A stretch of 64,000 nucleotides of DNA. It comes from a bacterium. Its GTDB lineage: Bacteria; Zhuqueibacterota; Zhuqueibacteria; Oceanimicrobiales; Oceanimicrobiaceae. The DNA is taken from NCBI GenBank assembly GCA_037446635.1, contig JBBIIG010000001.1:181638-245637 (forward strand), read 5' to 3'. This document shows positions 18,483-29,224 of this stretch, piece by piece. A program made the position numbers and the translations under genes. Numbering within the stretch: the first letter of the stretch is position 1; each line of letters opens with the position of its first letter. The notes under the pieces are model-generated. The model was not told where the DNA came from, did no database searches, and was given only the letters and a program-made list of their open reading frames with translations.

Positions 18483-19814
18483 ATGAAAACGAATTTTAAA
18501 ACCTCCGGCATCTTTTTCAGAACGTTGCTTTTGTTTGCCATTGTCTTTATCAGCAGTGCGATGATACTCCAGGCCGAAGAAGACAAACCCATCGTGCACG
18601 TCATTGAAGTGGAAAGCATCATTGGTCCGGTCTCCGCTGAGTTCATCACCAAGTCCATCATCCGCGCCGAGGAAGAAAAAGCAGAGTGCCTGATCATTCA
18701 GTTGGACACGCCGGGCGGCTTGCTCTCCTCGACGCGCGACATCATCAAAAGCTTTCTTTCCGCTCACGTTCCGATTGTGGTGTATGTCTGGCCCTCGGGT
18801 GCGCACGCCGGTTCGGCCGGTGTTTTCATTTGTTATGCGGCGCATTTCGTGGCGATGGCGCCCAGCACCAACATCGGCTCGGCCACTCCCGTGGATATAG
18901 AAGGCAAATCTGACAGCCTGAGCGCGTTATCGCGCAAAATCACCAACGACGCCGTCGCCCAGATCAAAGGGCTGGCGGAAAAGCGCGGCCGCAACGTCGA
19001 GTGGGCAGAAAAGGCGGTGCGCGAAGCGGTGAACATCCCTGAAAGCGAAGCGCTTGCGCTCAACGTCATCAATTTTATCTCGCCGTCGTTGGACTCGCTG
19101 CTGGCACAGTTGCACGGCCGCGAAGCCGAGGTGGCGTCCGGGAAAGCCACCCTCAAAACCAAAAACGCGCACGTCATCCAGAAGCAGATGAACTTGCGCT
19201 ATCGCATCCTCGAAAAAATCTCCAACCCCAACGTCGCCTACATTTTGTTGATGTTGGGAATTTACGGCATCTTCTTCGAGCTCTCCAACCCCGGCGCGAT
19301 CTTCCCGGGCGTGGTGGGCGCGATTTTTTTGATTTTGGCGTTTTTTGCGCTGGAAACGCTGCCGGTGAATTACGCCGGTTTGCTGCTGATTTTATTGGCG
19401 ATCGTGCTGTTCATTTTAGAAGTCAAAATCACCAGCTTCGGACTATTAACCATTGGCGGAATCCTATCTATGATCCTCGGCTCACTCATGCTGATCGAAC
19501 AACCGCCGGACAATTTTCAACCGGTGGTCTCCATTTCTATAAGCTTGATTATTTCTGTCGTCATTATCACCGCGGCATTTTTTATTTTTGCTTTTGGAAT
19601 GGCCTTCAAAACTCATCGCAAAAAAGTGACCACCGGCGTCGAGGGCATGATTGGTGAAACCGGCCTGGCGCAAACGGCCATCAACCCCCATGGCACAGTA
19701 AAAGTTCACGGCGAAATTTGGAAGGCCGCGAGCTCGCAGCCCATTAAAAAAGGCGAGCGCATTCGTGTGGCGAGTGTAGATGGCCTGACGTTGGTCGTCG
19801 AAAAACTTAATTGA
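18483..19814 (+). CDS. nfeD: NfeD-family membrane serine protease (long form)
   Basis: LDTPGG, SAG, MAPSTNIGSA; TM bundle; C-terminal OB fold (VHGEIWKA). Confidence 0.92.
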   Translation: MKTNFKTSGIFFRTLLLFAIVFISSAMILQAEEDKPIVHVIEVESIIGPVSAEFITKSIIRAEEEKAECLIIQLDTPGGLLSSTRDIIKSFLSAHVPIVVYVWPSGAHAGSAGVFICYAAHFVAMAPSTNIGSATPVDIEGKSDSLSALSRKITNDAVAQIKGLAEKRGRNVEWAEKAVREAVNIPESEALALNVINFISPSLDSLLAQLHGREAEVASGKATLKTKNAHVIQKQMNLRYRILEKISNPNVAYILLMLGIYGIFFELSNPGAIFPGVVGAIFLILAFFALETLPVNYAGLLLILLAIVLFILEVKITSFGLLTIGGILSMILGSLMLIEQPPDNFQPVVSISISLIISVVIITAAFFIFAFGMAFKTHRKKVTTGVEGMIGETGLAQTAINPHGTVKVHGEIWKAASSQPIKKGERIRVASVDGLTLVVEKLN

Positions 19815-19844
19815 GTTGCAAACACAAACTTCAGGAGGGAGATC

Positions 19845-20612
19845 ATGTCACTCTATTTAATTCTAATTCTTGGCTTAATGCTTCTTTCCAGCGCCGTACG
19901 GGTTCTGCGGGAGTACGAAAGAGGGGTGGTTTTCCGGCTCGGGCGGCTGGTGGGTTCCCGCGGCCCCGGATTGATTTTGCTCATCCCACTCATCGACCGC
20001 ATGGTTAAGGTCAGCCTGCGCACCGTGGCGATGGATATTCCGCCGCAGGATGTGATCACCAAAGACAACGTCTCGGTGAAAGTGAACGCGGTTCTCTATT
20101 TCCGCGTGATGGACCCATCGAAGGCGATCACTGAAGTTGAGGACTATTTGTATGCCACCTCGCAGTTGGCGCAAACTACTCTGCGCAGCGTGTTGGGCGG
20201 GCACGAATTAGATGAAATGCTCGCCGAGCGCGAAAAGATCAACAGCAACCTGCAAGAAATTATCGACAACCACAGCGATCCCTGGGGCGTGAAAGTCACG
20301 CTGGTGGAAATCAAACACGTCGATCTGCCGCAAGAAATGCAGCGCGCGATTGCCCGCCAGGCCGAAGCCGAGCGCGAGCGCCGCGCCAAAATCATCCACG
20401 CGGAGGGCGAATACCAGGCCTCGCAAAAATTGCGCGACGCCGCGGCCGTGATCAGCGATTACCCGCAGGCGCTGCAACTGCGCTTTTTGCAAACGCTGAC
20501 GGAAGTGGCGGCGGAAAACAATTCCACGATCGTCTTCCCGCTGCCTATCGATCTGTTGAAAAATTTTATGACCAGCGACGATTCCAAAAAAGTCCGCGCC
20601 CGCTCTAAATAA
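19845..20612 (+). CDS. Stomatin-like (SPFH/slipin) protein
   Basis: [13 protein letters not shown]...QDVITKDNV...[11 protein letters not shown]...[10 protein letters not shown]; follows nfeD. Confidence 0.95.
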   Translation: MSLYLILILGLMLLSSAVRVLREYERGVVFRLGRLVGSRGPGLILLIPLIDRMVKVSLRTVAMDIPPQDVITKDNVSVKVNAVLYFRVMDPSKAITEVEDYLYATSQLAQTTLRSVLGGHELDEMLAEREKINSNLQEIIDNHSDPWGVKVTLVEIKHVDLPQEMQRAIARQAEAERERRAKIIHAEGEYQASQKLRDAAAVISDYPQALQLRFLQTLTEVAAENNSTIVFPLPIDLLKNFMTSDDSKKVRARSK

Positions 20613-20640
20613 ATCGCTGGCGTGACTATTTCTGACTAAA

Positions 20641-21939
20641 ATGGATCTCCGAGACAAGCTGCGCCAAATTGAATCGGCGCGCCTCAAAAGGCCGGCCGCG
20701 AGCGGGCCCGAGGTGCGCAGTTTGTCTTATTCCGCCAATTTTGAAGTTGGCAGCGTCCTCACCGGCGATGAAATGCCAACCCCCTTCGGCGCCTTTTTCT
20801 GCTACCGAAAGGATTGCCCGGCAAATTATCGCCACGGCAGCATTGAAATTTCCACCCTTCTTTCCAAGCGCTCCGAGCTGCTGGGCGTGATCGGGCAAAA
20901 CCCGGCTCTCGCCAATCTCGATCTAAAAAAAATCCTTTTCTTTGACACAGAAACCACCGGCATTTCCGGCGGCGCTGGCATGTTGGCGTTTTTAATCGGG
21001 CTGGGATATTTCACGGACGACGGCTTCACGGTGGTGCAGTTTTTTTTAGACGAGGTCCAAGACGAGCGCGCCCTGCTTTACGAATTCAACAACCTGCTCG
21101 CAAACTGTGAGCTGGTGGTGAGCTACAACGGCAAATCGTTCGATGCGCCGCTGCTCGAAACCCGCAACATTTTTCACCGCCTCCATAACCGCTTAAGCCA
21201 GCTCCCCCACCTCGATCTTTTACATTGCGCCCGCAGACTGTGGCGGCAGGCGCTGCCGGACTGCGCCCTCACCACCATCGAAGCGCAAATTTTGAGGCAC
21301 CAACGTTTAGGCGACATCCCCAGCTTTTTGATCCCGCATCTCTATTTTGATTATCTGCGCGCCCGCGACGCCCGTCCGCTGCTGCCGGTTTTTTACCACA
21401 ATCAGCAGGACGTGCTGGCGATGGCGGCGCTGCTGGTTAAGCTGTGCAATTTGTTTGAAAACCCGTTTGAGGAAGCGGAGGCGCCAGCGGTGATTATATC
21501 GTTGGCAAAAATTTTTGAGAACCTCTTTCAGCACGAGCGCGCAATTGAATTGTACAACCAACTGCTGCAAACCCAACTCGAAACCAATCTGCGGCGGGAA
21601 GCGCTGATGCGCCTGGCCTTTGGTTACAAACGAATGGGGGATTGGCCGCAGGCGGCGCAGGCGTGGAAGCGCTATTTAAGCGGCGAATCCTTCCACCCGC
21701 TCCCCTATATCGAGTTGGCCAAATACTACGAACACCGGCAGCAGCGGCTCGACCAAGCGAAGACCTTGGTGGAAAAAGCGTTGACGGAGGTGCAGATCAT
21801 CGAAGGGTTGGGAAGAAAAAACGATTGGCTGGTTTACAAAGAAGATCTGGAATACCGCCGCAAACGGCTGATCAGAAAATTACACGCGCGCCGTCCATCC
21901 CCGGCCTGCGCGCCGCTGCTCGACGTTAGCAGCGAATAG
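20641..21939 (+). CDS. RNase H-like (YprB/MrfB-type) exonuclease with TPRs
   Basis: FFDTETTG, SYNGKSFD, HLDLLH, HNQQDV, followed by TPR-like helices. Confidence 0.85.
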   Translation: MDLRDKLRQIESARLKRPAASGPEVRSLSYSANFEVGSVLTGDEMPTPFGAFFCYRKDCPANYRHGSIEISTLLSKRSELLGVIGQNPALANLDLKKILFFDTETTGISGGAGMLAFLIGLGYFTDDGFTVVQFFLDEVQDERALLYEFNNLLANCELVVSYNGKSFDAPLLETRNIFHRLHNRLSQLPHLDLLHCARRLWRQALPDCALTTIEAQILRHQRLGDIPSFLIPHLYFDYLRARDARPLLPVFYHNQQDVLAMAALLVKLCNLFENPFEEAEAPAVIISLAKIFENLFQHERAIELYNQLLQTQLETNLRREALMRLAFGYKRMGDWPQAAQAWKRYLSGESFHPLPYIELAKYYEHRQQRLDQAKTLVEKALTEVQIIEGLGRKNDWLVYKEDLEYRRKRLIRKLHARRPSPACAPLLDVSSE

Positions 21940-21941
21940 CA

Positions 21942-23435
21942 TCAATTGCGTTCCGCGGCGCCATTGGTCATCACGCGATTTTTGCTCATCCCAATCTCAA
22001 GATCAACATACTCCCCTTTCCTCACTTTAACATTGGGAATGATTTTCGTGGCGTAGTCCGCGCTGCGAATTTCAACGGTATAACTTCCGGGGGAAACCAC
22101 CCGATAAAACCCTCCGAAGTCGGCGTCGGTCTTTCGAGAGGCGACGTAATCGGAGGCGTACTCCAGCACCTCAATCTCGGCGGCCAGCGGCGCCTTGGTT
22201 TTGGCGTCGAAGACGTGGCCGCGAATGCCGGTTTCCAGAACTCGGTCCAAAAGATAAAACGCGCCGTTCTGATTTTCCTGCACAATAAACGGGATGCTCT
22301 CTTCGGCGGGGAAATATTCGTTTCCCACTTCGATGATGAAATCGATCACCCGCAGTTGGCCGTACATCCAAATGGAGCTTTGCCCGACGCGCCCGTTGAG
22401 GGGCAAAATCGAATAGCGGCCGCGCCCGGATTGCCGACGAATGTTGGCCGCCATCTCGCTGGCAATGGTCACAATCAAATCGATATCTGGCGGACGCTTG
22501 TAGTTGCCCCACGGAAAAAGAATCGACTCGCCGTAGCTGTGGTAGGAGACGCCGAACACGAAATTTTCGCGAATGGCCAAATTCATAATCGCGCGGGTTT
22601 CGTTTTCCGAAAACGGCAGCCGGCCGCGATAAAACCAACTGCCGGGTTTGCCGTCGCCGCCGTCGCCCCAATTATAATCGTAATTGCGGTTCAAATCCAC
22701 GCCATCGACCAGCGGATTGAACACGCCATCGCCGTCGTTGTCGCGCAAATTTTTTCGCCACCACGGGAACGACAAATTGTTTTCCATCACATATTTGTAG
22801 CCGTCGGGGTTCACCACCGGCACAAACCAGATTTCGATGTTATCAACCCAGCGGGTGATTTGATCGTCGTGGCCATATTTTTCGCAAAGGGTGTTGATAA
22901 TTTTAAAGCAAATGTTGGCGCCAATGGGTTCGCGCGCGTGATGCACACCGGCAAAGAAAACTCGCGGCTCGTCTTCGCGCGTGCGGGCGTTATCAGATAT
23001 TTTGATGGCCCAGATGGGCAGGCGCAGCGTCGTGCTTTCCCCGATCTTCTCAACCAAAACCAGGTGCGGATATTTCGATTTGAGGGATTGGATATCGTCT
23101 TCGATTTCCAAGTGGGTTCTGTAGGAAGGTGGAATTGAAAAATTGCGCCGCGGCGAGTTGGAGTGCACCGTAACCAGAAAGCCGCTGTTTTTGATTCGCG
23201 CCAGCTCGTTTTCGGAAACAACGGCGTCGATATATTTTCCGCCATTACGGCTTTTAATTTTTAAATCGAATTTTTTTAGGCGCAGGGTATCGCGCGGACC
23301 GGGCGTAAAAATTCGCACATCAATCTCGTTCTCTCCGCTTCTTGCATAAAGCGTGGTCAATAAAATGTAGCCCGAAATGAGGGCCAGCAGACTTAAAAGA
23401 AACGTCCGCAACGAATGCAGTGCATGATCCTTCAT
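21942..23435 (-). CDS. M14 zinc carboxypeptidase with C-terminal regulatory-like domain
   Basis: HHARE, VNPDG, WRKN, GVDLNRNY, FSENET, SYHSY. Start is uncertain. Confidence 0.9.
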   Translation of the reverse strand: MKDHALHSLRTFLLSLLALISGYILLTTLYARSGENEIDVRIFTPGPRDTLRLKKFDLKIKSRNGGKYIDAVVSENELARIKNSGFLVTVHSNSPRRNFSIPPSYRTHLEIEDDIQSLKSKYPHLVLVEKIGESTTLRLPIWAIKISDNARTREDEPRVFFAGVHHAREPIGANICFKIINTLCEKYGHDDQITRWVDNIEIWFVPVVNPDGYKYVMENNLSFPWWRKNLRDNDGDGVFNPLVDGVDLNRNYDYNWGDGGDGKPGSWFYRGRLPFSENETRAIMNLAIRENFVFGVSYHSYGESILFPWGNYKRPPDIDLIVTIASEMAANIRRQSGRGRYSILPLNGRVGQSSIWMYGQLRVIDFIIEVGNEYFPAEESIPFIVQENQNGAFYLLDRVLETGIRGHVFDAKTKAPLAAEIEVLEYASDYVASRKTDADFGGFYRVVSPGSYTVEIRSADYATKIIPNVKVRKGEYVDLEIGMSKNRVMTNGAAERN

Positions 23436-23520
23436 ACAAGTCGTCTGGTTTGTTAATGAGGAAATTTCGTTTACTACTTTTTTAAACAACTCAGAGCTTT
23501 TACAAAATTCCGAAGAGAAA

Positions 23521-25044
23521 TTAGAGCATGTTAAAAATGCTGGCGGAATGGTTGCGCAAGAAATCGAACAACCAACGCCAATAGACGCCCAGCACCAGGG
23601 TAGGAATAACCAAAACCGAAAGCAGAACTACGTAATACGGAGATACTGCTATTTTTGAAGTTGTTTGGCCTTCCGAGCTTTCAAAAAACATTGCCTTCAA
23701 AATCCGCGCGTAGTAATAAAGTGAAATAACGCTGTTAATGATTCCAATCACAGCCAAAAAATAATGAAACGACTCACCACGTTGAACCAAAGATGCAAAC
23801 AGATAAAACTTGCCGACAAATCCACCCGTTGGCGGCAAACCAGTGAGAGAAAATAAAAATACCCCCATGGCGACAGCAGGAATCGGCGCGCGCCAGGCCA
23901 GACCTTTGTAATCGTTGATGCTTTCGCTGCGCAGCAAATCCTGGTTGATGATCACCACCAGAAACGCGCCGAGATTCATCAGGTAATATACCGTCAAATA
24001 AAACAGAGTTGCGGAAACGCCCAACTCACTGAGAACAACCACGCCCATGAGGGCGTAGCCGGCGTGGGCGATGCTGGAATACGCCAGCAGCCGCTTGACA
24101 TTGTTCTGCATGATGGCGATCAAATTCCCGAGCGTCATGGTGGCGGCGGAGATCATCGCCAGCAGTTGCGGCCAGTTCAAACCGGAGAGCGCAAACCAGG
24201 CTTCCGAGTCGCCGTTGGTTCCACTTTCGATTAGCGACACATTAAAGAAGCGCAGCAAAACCGCAAAGCCGGCGGCCTTCGGGCCCACCGAAAGCAGTGC
24301 CGTGATCGGAGTCGGCGCGCCTTCGTAAACATCGGGCGCCCAAAAGTGAAATGGCACGGCAGAAATTTTGTAACCGAATCCGGCCAGCATCAACAAAACT
24401 GCAATAAACAACGTTAACGGCTCGGGAGAAGTTGAATTGAGGATGCGGCTGATTTCATAAATGTTGAACGTCCCCGTCAAGCCGTAAATCAAAGACATTC
24501 CGTAGAGCATCAGGCCGGAAGAGAACGCTCCGTAGATGGCATATTTTAAGCCGGCCTCGCTGGAGCGGCGGCGGGTTTTCAAATAGGTGGCGAGGATGAA
24601 CGACACCACGCTCACCATTTCAATCGAGATAAAAATCGTCAAAAGATTGGTGGCCGATGCCATCAAAAACATGCCTAACGTCAGCGCAACAATCAACGTG
24701 AAATATTCGCCCACCGGACGGCCAGACAATTCCACCGAGCCAATCGAAAGGAAAATTGCAAACACGCTCGAGGCGAGAAAGAGTATCTTAAAAAAGAAGG
24801 CAAACGGATCCACCACTAACATGTCGCTGAAAATGGTACGACTGCCCATTTGGTACTGACCTAACACCGCCACGAACGCCGCGAGCAACCCCGCCAACGC
24901 AATGACCGACGTCCATGCCGAGCGCTCGCTCTTCAATAGCAAATCGGCGATGATCAAAACCAGAATCACGCCCGTGAGAATCAGCTCGGGCACAAAATAA
25001 CTCAGACTGCCGATGTTGTGTTGGATGATAGTCGAATAGTCCAT
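23521..25044 (-). CDS. nuoN: NADH-quinone oxidoreductase subunit N
   Basis: SEAGLKY, YKISAVPFHFWAPDVYEGAP, KRLLAYSSIAH. Start moved to 25044. Confidence 0.95.
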   Translation of the reverse strand: MDYSTIIQHNIGSLSYFVPELILTGVILVLIIADLLLKSERSAWTSVIALAGLLAAFVAVLGQYQMGSRTIFSDMLVVDPFAFFFKILFLASSVFAIFLSIGSVELSGRPVGEYFTLIVALTLGMFLMASATNLLTIFISIEMVSVVSFILATYLKTRRRSSEAGLKYAIYGAFSSGLMLYGMSLIYGLTGTFNIYEISRILNSTSPEPLTLFIAVLLMLAGFGYKISAVPFHFWAPDVYEGAPTPITALLSVGPKAAGFAVLLRFFNVSLIESGTNGDSEAWFALSGLNWPQLLAMISAATMTLGNLIAIMQNNVKRLLAYSSIAHAGYALMGVVVLSELGVSATLFYLTVYYLMNLGAFLVVIINQDLLRSESINDYKGLAWRAPIPAVAMGVFLFSLTGLPPTGGFVGKFYLFASLVQRGESFHYFLAVIGIINSVISLYYYARILKAMFFESSEGQTTSKIAVSPYYVVLLSVLVIPTLVLGVYWRWLFDFLRNHSASIFNML

Positions 25045-25045
25045 G

Positions 25046-26620
25046 TTATTGCAAACCCAGCAAAGAACCGGTTCCTGTTGCGGCAACAACTTCAACCAGA
25101 TTATTCAACGAAACTTTGATCAAATTCAAAAGCGGCGCCGGATACACACCCAGAATGATAATGATCACCGCCAGCGGAATCAGCGTGAACAACTCGCGGC
25201 CATTGATCTCCGGCAGCTCCGCGTATTTGGGATTGAGCTGTCCGAGAAACATGCGCTGGAACGTCCACAGGAAATAGCCCGCGGTCAGCACGATTCCCAA
25301 AGTGGATACAATTGTGATGGCCTTGAGGTTGAACAGGGTCGAACCGAAGGCGCCGAGGAACGAAAACGCTTCGCTGATGAAACTGGAGAGTCCGGGCAAC
25401 CCGAGTCCGGCGAAGAACGCCACACTCACCACGGCGGCGTAAATCGGCATGCGCACCGCCAGCCCGCCGAAGCCGTCGATTTGCCGGTGGTGGGCGCGAT
25501 CGTAAATGACGCCTACCAAAAGGAATAACATTGCGGTGCCGGTGCCGTGATTAAACATCTGCATCACCGCACCGTTCATTCCCAGCGAAGTCAGGCCGGA
25601 CATGCCCAAGAGCACAATTCCCATGTGGCTGATACTGGAATACGCCACAAGCTTTTTCAGATCCTTTTGCGCCATGGCGCACAGCGCGCCATAGACGATG
25701 TTGATCAACCCTAAAATTGCCATACCGTAAGCGAAGTATTCGTACTTCATGGCGTCGGGCAGCATGGGGAAACTGATGCGCAGCATGCCGTAGGTTCCCA
25801 TCTTCAGCAGCACGCCGGCCAGAATCACGCTGATGGCGGTAGGAGCTTCGACGTGGGCATCCGGGAGCCACGTGTGGAACGGAAACACCGGCACTTTGAT
25901 CGCGAAGCCAATGAAGAGCGCAACGTAAATCAACAACCGAATATTGAACACGTTGAGCAGCCCGCCGTGATTATTCTGATCCATCATATGAAGCATGTTG
26001 AAAGTGTGGCCGCCGGTCACCGGATCGGTGACATTAAAATAAAACACCAGCATCGCCAGCAGCATCAGCACGCTGCCGAACAGCGTGTAGAGGAAGAACT
26101 TGATCGCCGCGTACGGGCCGCCGCGCACCATGCCGTCTTCATCTTTGCGCGAGGGGCTGCCCCAGATGCCGATGAGAAAATACATCGGCAGCAGCATCAC
26201 TTCCCAGAAAATATAGAACAGGAAAAAGTCCAGCGCGCAGAACACGCCCATCATGCCGGTGTCCAACAGCAGGAACATCGCGAAATAGCCCTTCACTCCT
26301 TTGTCGATGCCCCATGACGCGAAGATGCAGAGAAACGAAAGCAGCGCGGTGAGCAACACCATGGGCACGCTCAGACCGTCGATGCCCATGAAGTACTCAA
26401 TGTTAAAAGAAGGAATCCACTGGTACTGCTCGCGGAATTGAATGGCCGTGGTGCCGCGATCGAAATTCAAAAACAGCCAAACTGCCAGCAGCAATTGCAG
26501 GCCGGTGAAAACCGCCGCAATGATGCGAATGACATTTTTGTTTTCTTTCGGCACTGGAAGGATAAACAAAATACCGGCGATGGGCAAAAACGTAATCAGG
26601 GTTAAAACATGATTCTCCAT
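25046..26620 (-). CDS. nuoM: NADH-quinone oxidoreductase subunit M
   Basis: GIDGLS, FWEVMLLPM, KVPVFPFHTWLPDAHVEAP, AYSSISHMG. Confidence 0.96.
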   Translation of the reverse strand: MENHVLTLITFLPIAGILFILPVPKENKNVIRIIAAVFTGLQLLLAVWLFLNFDRGTTAIQFREQYQWIPSFNIEYFMGIDGLSVPMVLLTALLSFLCIFASWGIDKGVKGYFAMFLLLDTGMMGVFCALDFFLFYIFWEVMLLPMYFLIGIWGSPSRKDEDGMVRGGPYAAIKFFLYTLFGSVLMLLAMLVFYFNVTDPVTGGHTFNMLHMMDQNNHGGLLNVFNIRLLIYVALFIGFAIKVPVFPFHTWLPDAHVEAPTAISVILAGVLLKMGTYGMLRISFPMLPDAMKYEYFAYGMAILGLINIVYGALCAMAQKDLKKLVAYSSISHMGIVLLGMSGLTSLGMNGAVMQMFNHGTGTAMLFLLVGVIYDRAHHRQIDGFGGLAVRMPIYAAVVSVAFFAGLGLPGLSSFISEAFSFLGAFGSTLFNLKAITIVSTLGIVLTAGYFLWTFQRMFLGQLNPKYAELPEINGRELFTLIPLAVIIIILGVYPAPLLNLIKVSLNNLVEVVAATGTGSLLGLQ

Positions 26621-26647
26621 GTTTGAATTTCCTCTTTCCTAACGTGA

Positions 26648-26705
26648 AACTCTGACAGGGTTTTGAACTTCCAAAACTTTGACCGTCCTAAACCCTGTCA
26701 GAGTT
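26648..26705. repeat. REP-like inverted repeat between nuoL and nuoM
   Basis: 16-bp arms AACTCTGACAGGGTTT / AAACCCTGTCAGAGTT. Confidence 0.7.
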
Positions 26706-26712
26706 ATTGGTT

Positions 26713-28695
26713 TCATAACAGCTGAATGATCGAAATCACCACCACCACAAACAGCGCCATCAAGATGTAACTCTGCACGCGGCCAGTTTGCAACTCGCGC
26801 AATTGCGCCCCAAAGAATTGGATCGTCCGTCCAACCCAATTCACCAGGCCATCGACGATGCGCAGATCGTGCCAGCCGCCCGCAAACGAGAGCTTGGCGG
26901 TCCAACGCGCAACACCATTCACCACGCCATCGATGATACGCAAATCGAACCAACCGGAAACCCGGCTGAGGAGCAGCGTGCCGGCGATCGCCGTGGCGCT
27001 GTACATTTCGTCAAAATAGTATTTGTTCCAAAGTAAATTGTAAACCGGGCGCAGACGACTGCCCCATGCCTCGGCGGAAATTTTCTTCCAATAGTAAGTC
27101 GCGGTGGAAATCAGAATTCCCAAACCGGCGATCAGAATGGAAAGAATCAGCGCGAGGTTGTGAGCCGAATGCGCGACCTCGTGGCCGGCTTCGTGCGCCG
27201 GCTCGACCGCCGCTGCTACCGTCGCATACGCCGCTAAATCCGGCTTCGCCACCAAATGCTCGTACCAGCCCCACCAGATTGTGCCCACCGAGAAAACCGC
27301 CAGCACCGTCAACGGAATCGTCATCACTTTGGGCGACTCGTGGGCATGCTCGTATTTGTGATGATCGCGGGCTTCGCCAAAAAATGTCAAGTAAACTAAG
27401 CGGAACATGTAAAACGCCGTGATGCCCGCGGACAAAAACATGATCACAGGGATGATGAAATGACTCGGGTGCAGCATCCCGAATTCCAGCGTCGAGGCGA
27501 GGATGGCGTCTTTGCTCCAAAATCCGGACAGCGGCGGCACGCCGGAAATCGCCAGCGTGGCGATCAGAAATGTCCAGAAGGTAATAGGCATTTTCTTTTT
27601 GAGGCCGCCCATCTCGGTCATATCCTGCGTGTGCACGGCGTGGATGACGCTGCCGGAACCGAGGAACAACAGCGCTTTGAAAAATGCGTGAGTGGTGAGA
27701 TGAAAAAGTCCCGCGGTGTAGCCGCCGGTACCAAGTCCTACCATCATGTAGCCGAGCTGGCTGATGGTGGAATAGGCCAGCACGCGTTTGATGTCCGTTT
27801 GCACGATGGCGATGGTCGCGGCCATAAACGCGGTGATGGTGCCGATGTACGCGATGAACAGCAGCGCCTCCGCGGTGAAGAAAACGAAGATGCGGCCTAC
27901 GAGGTAAACGCCCGCGGCCACCATCGTCGCGGCGTGAATGAGCGCGCTGACGGGCGTGGGGCCTTCCATCGCGTCCGGCAGCCAAACGTGCAGCGGAAAT
28001 TGCGCGGACTTGCCGATGGCGCCGCCGAAGAGTAACAAGCCGGTTGCGGTCAACAGGCCGCCGGCGAGTTTGCCGTCAGCGACGCCGCGAAAGACGTCTT
28101 CGAATTTGAAGACACCAAGCGTTGTAAATAAAATCAAAATGCCGACGAACATGCAGATGTCGCCGATGCGATTGGTGATGAACGCTTTCTTGCCGGCATT
28201 CGCCGCGGAATCTTTTTCAAACCAGAAACCGATGAGCAGATAGGAACAAAGTCCGACCAATTCCCAGAAAACGTAGATGCCCAAAAAATTATCGACGAGG
28301 ACGAGGCCGAGCATGGAGAACGAAAACAACGCGAGGTAGGCGAAGTAGCGGCTGTAACGCGGGTCGCCGTGCATGTAGCCGATGGAGTAGAGATGAATCA
28401 GCGCGCTGATCAGAGTGACGACAATCAGCATCACGGAGGTGAGATTGTCGATGTGAATTCCGAACGAAACGACCACCGGCCCGAAGTTGATCCACTCCCA
28501 ACTGGCTTGGATTTTGAAATTGGGATCGTATGCTGAGAGTGATTGGAAGAAAATTGGCACCGCAAACAGGAAAGCGGCGAACATCGCGCCGGTGGGCAGC
28601 CACGCGCCCTGTTTCGGCAGCCGCTTGCCGATAAAAATCTGAATCGTGAAAGCCGCGAGCGGAAGAAGTAAAATGATGATGGCGTTGGTTATCAT
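26713..28695 (-). CDS. nuoL: NADH-quinone oxidoreductase subunit L
   Basis: WELVGLCSYLLIGFW, GKSAQFPLHVWLPDAMEGPTPVSALIHAATMV; C-terminal QTGRVQSY. Confidence 0.97.
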   Translation of the reverse strand: MITNAIIILLLPLAAFTIQIFIGKRLPKQGAWLPTGAMFAAFLFAVPIFFQSLSAYDPNFKIQASWEWINFGPVVVSFGIHIDNLTSVMLIVVTLISALIHLYSIGYMHGDPRYSRYFAYLALFSFSMLGLVLVDNFLGIYVFWELVGLCSYLLIGFWFEKDSAANAGKKAFITNRIGDICMFVGILILFTTLGVFKFEDVFRGVADGKLAGGLLTATGLLLFGGAIGKSAQFPLHVWLPDAMEGPTPVSALIHAATMVAAGVYLVGRIFVFFTAEALLFIAYIGTITAFMAATIAIVQTDIKRVLAYSTISQLGYMMVGLGTGGYTAGLFHLTTHAFFKALLFLGSGSVIHAVHTQDMTEMGGLKKKMPITFWTFLIATLAISGVPPLSGFWSKDAILASTLEFGMLHPSHFIIPVIMFLSAGITAFYMFRLVYLTFFGEARDHHKYEHAHESPKVMTIPLTVLAVFSVGTIWWGWYEHLVAKPDLAAYATVAAAVEPAHEAGHEVAHSAHNLALILSILIAGLGILISTATYYWKKISAEAWGSRLRPVYNLLWNKYYFDEMYSATAIAGTLLLSRVSGWFDLRIIDGVVNGVARWTAKLSFAGGWHDLRIVDGLVNWVGRTIQFFGAQLRELQTGRVQSYILMALFVVVVISIIQLL

Positions 28696-28726
28696 ATTTT
28701 TCAGTATTGAAATCTCTTTTTAGTGC

Positions 28727-28862
28727 GTGTCGTTTCGAGCGAAGCGGAGTCGAGGAACCTGATGAAAGTGTATACCGCAAATCCGCTCATAACTATTTTT
28801 GCGTGATCCATTCATTGCCTCATTTCTCACCTCGACAAAAAACGTCGAGGTGAGAAATGACA
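28727..28862. repeat. TGTC...GAAATGACA-type palindromic element between nuoK and nuoL
   Basis: TGTCGTTTCGAGCGAAGCG at left; 17-bp stem TCATTTCTCACCTCGAC/GTCGAGGTGAGAAATGA at 28820-28860. Confidence 0.6.
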
Positions 28863-28871
28863 AACTCACAG

Positions 28872-28904
28872 ACGTTTACGAAACCTTGAAGGTTTAGTAA
28901 ACGT
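28872..28904. repeat. TTTACTAAAC-family palindrome, copy 1
   Basis: ACGTTTACGAAACCTT-G-AAGGTTTAGTAAACGT. Confidence 0.75.
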
Positions 28905-28912
28905 GTCCTCTG

Positions 28913-29224
28913 CTATCTTGCCAGCGAATCGGCCTCATCCAAATTGATGGATTTGAGCCGCTCGTACAAATTCAACACAATCGCCAGCGCCACGGCTGCT
29001 GCTGCCGCTGCGGTAACGATCACAAATACCGCAAACACTTGGCCGTCGAGATCGGTATCTACGAAACGCGCGAAGGCGATGAAGTTGATGTTCGCCGCGT
29101 TCAAAATCAGCTCGATGCCCATGAGCACGGTGACGGCGTTTTTCTTGGTGATCACGCACAGCAGTCCCAGCGAAAACAGCACGGCGCTCAGCGCCAAATA
29201 ATGCGTCAAGCCAATCGAGCTCAT
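28913..29224 (-). CDS. nuoK: NADH-quinone oxidoreductase subunit K
   Basis: LMGIELILNAANINF...GQVFAVFVI. Confidence 0.93.
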   Translation of the reverse strand: MSSIGLTHYLALSAVLFSLGLLCVITKKNAVTVLMGIELILNAANINFIAFARFVDTDLDGQVFAVFVIVTAAAAAAVALAIVLNLYERLKSINLDEADSLAR

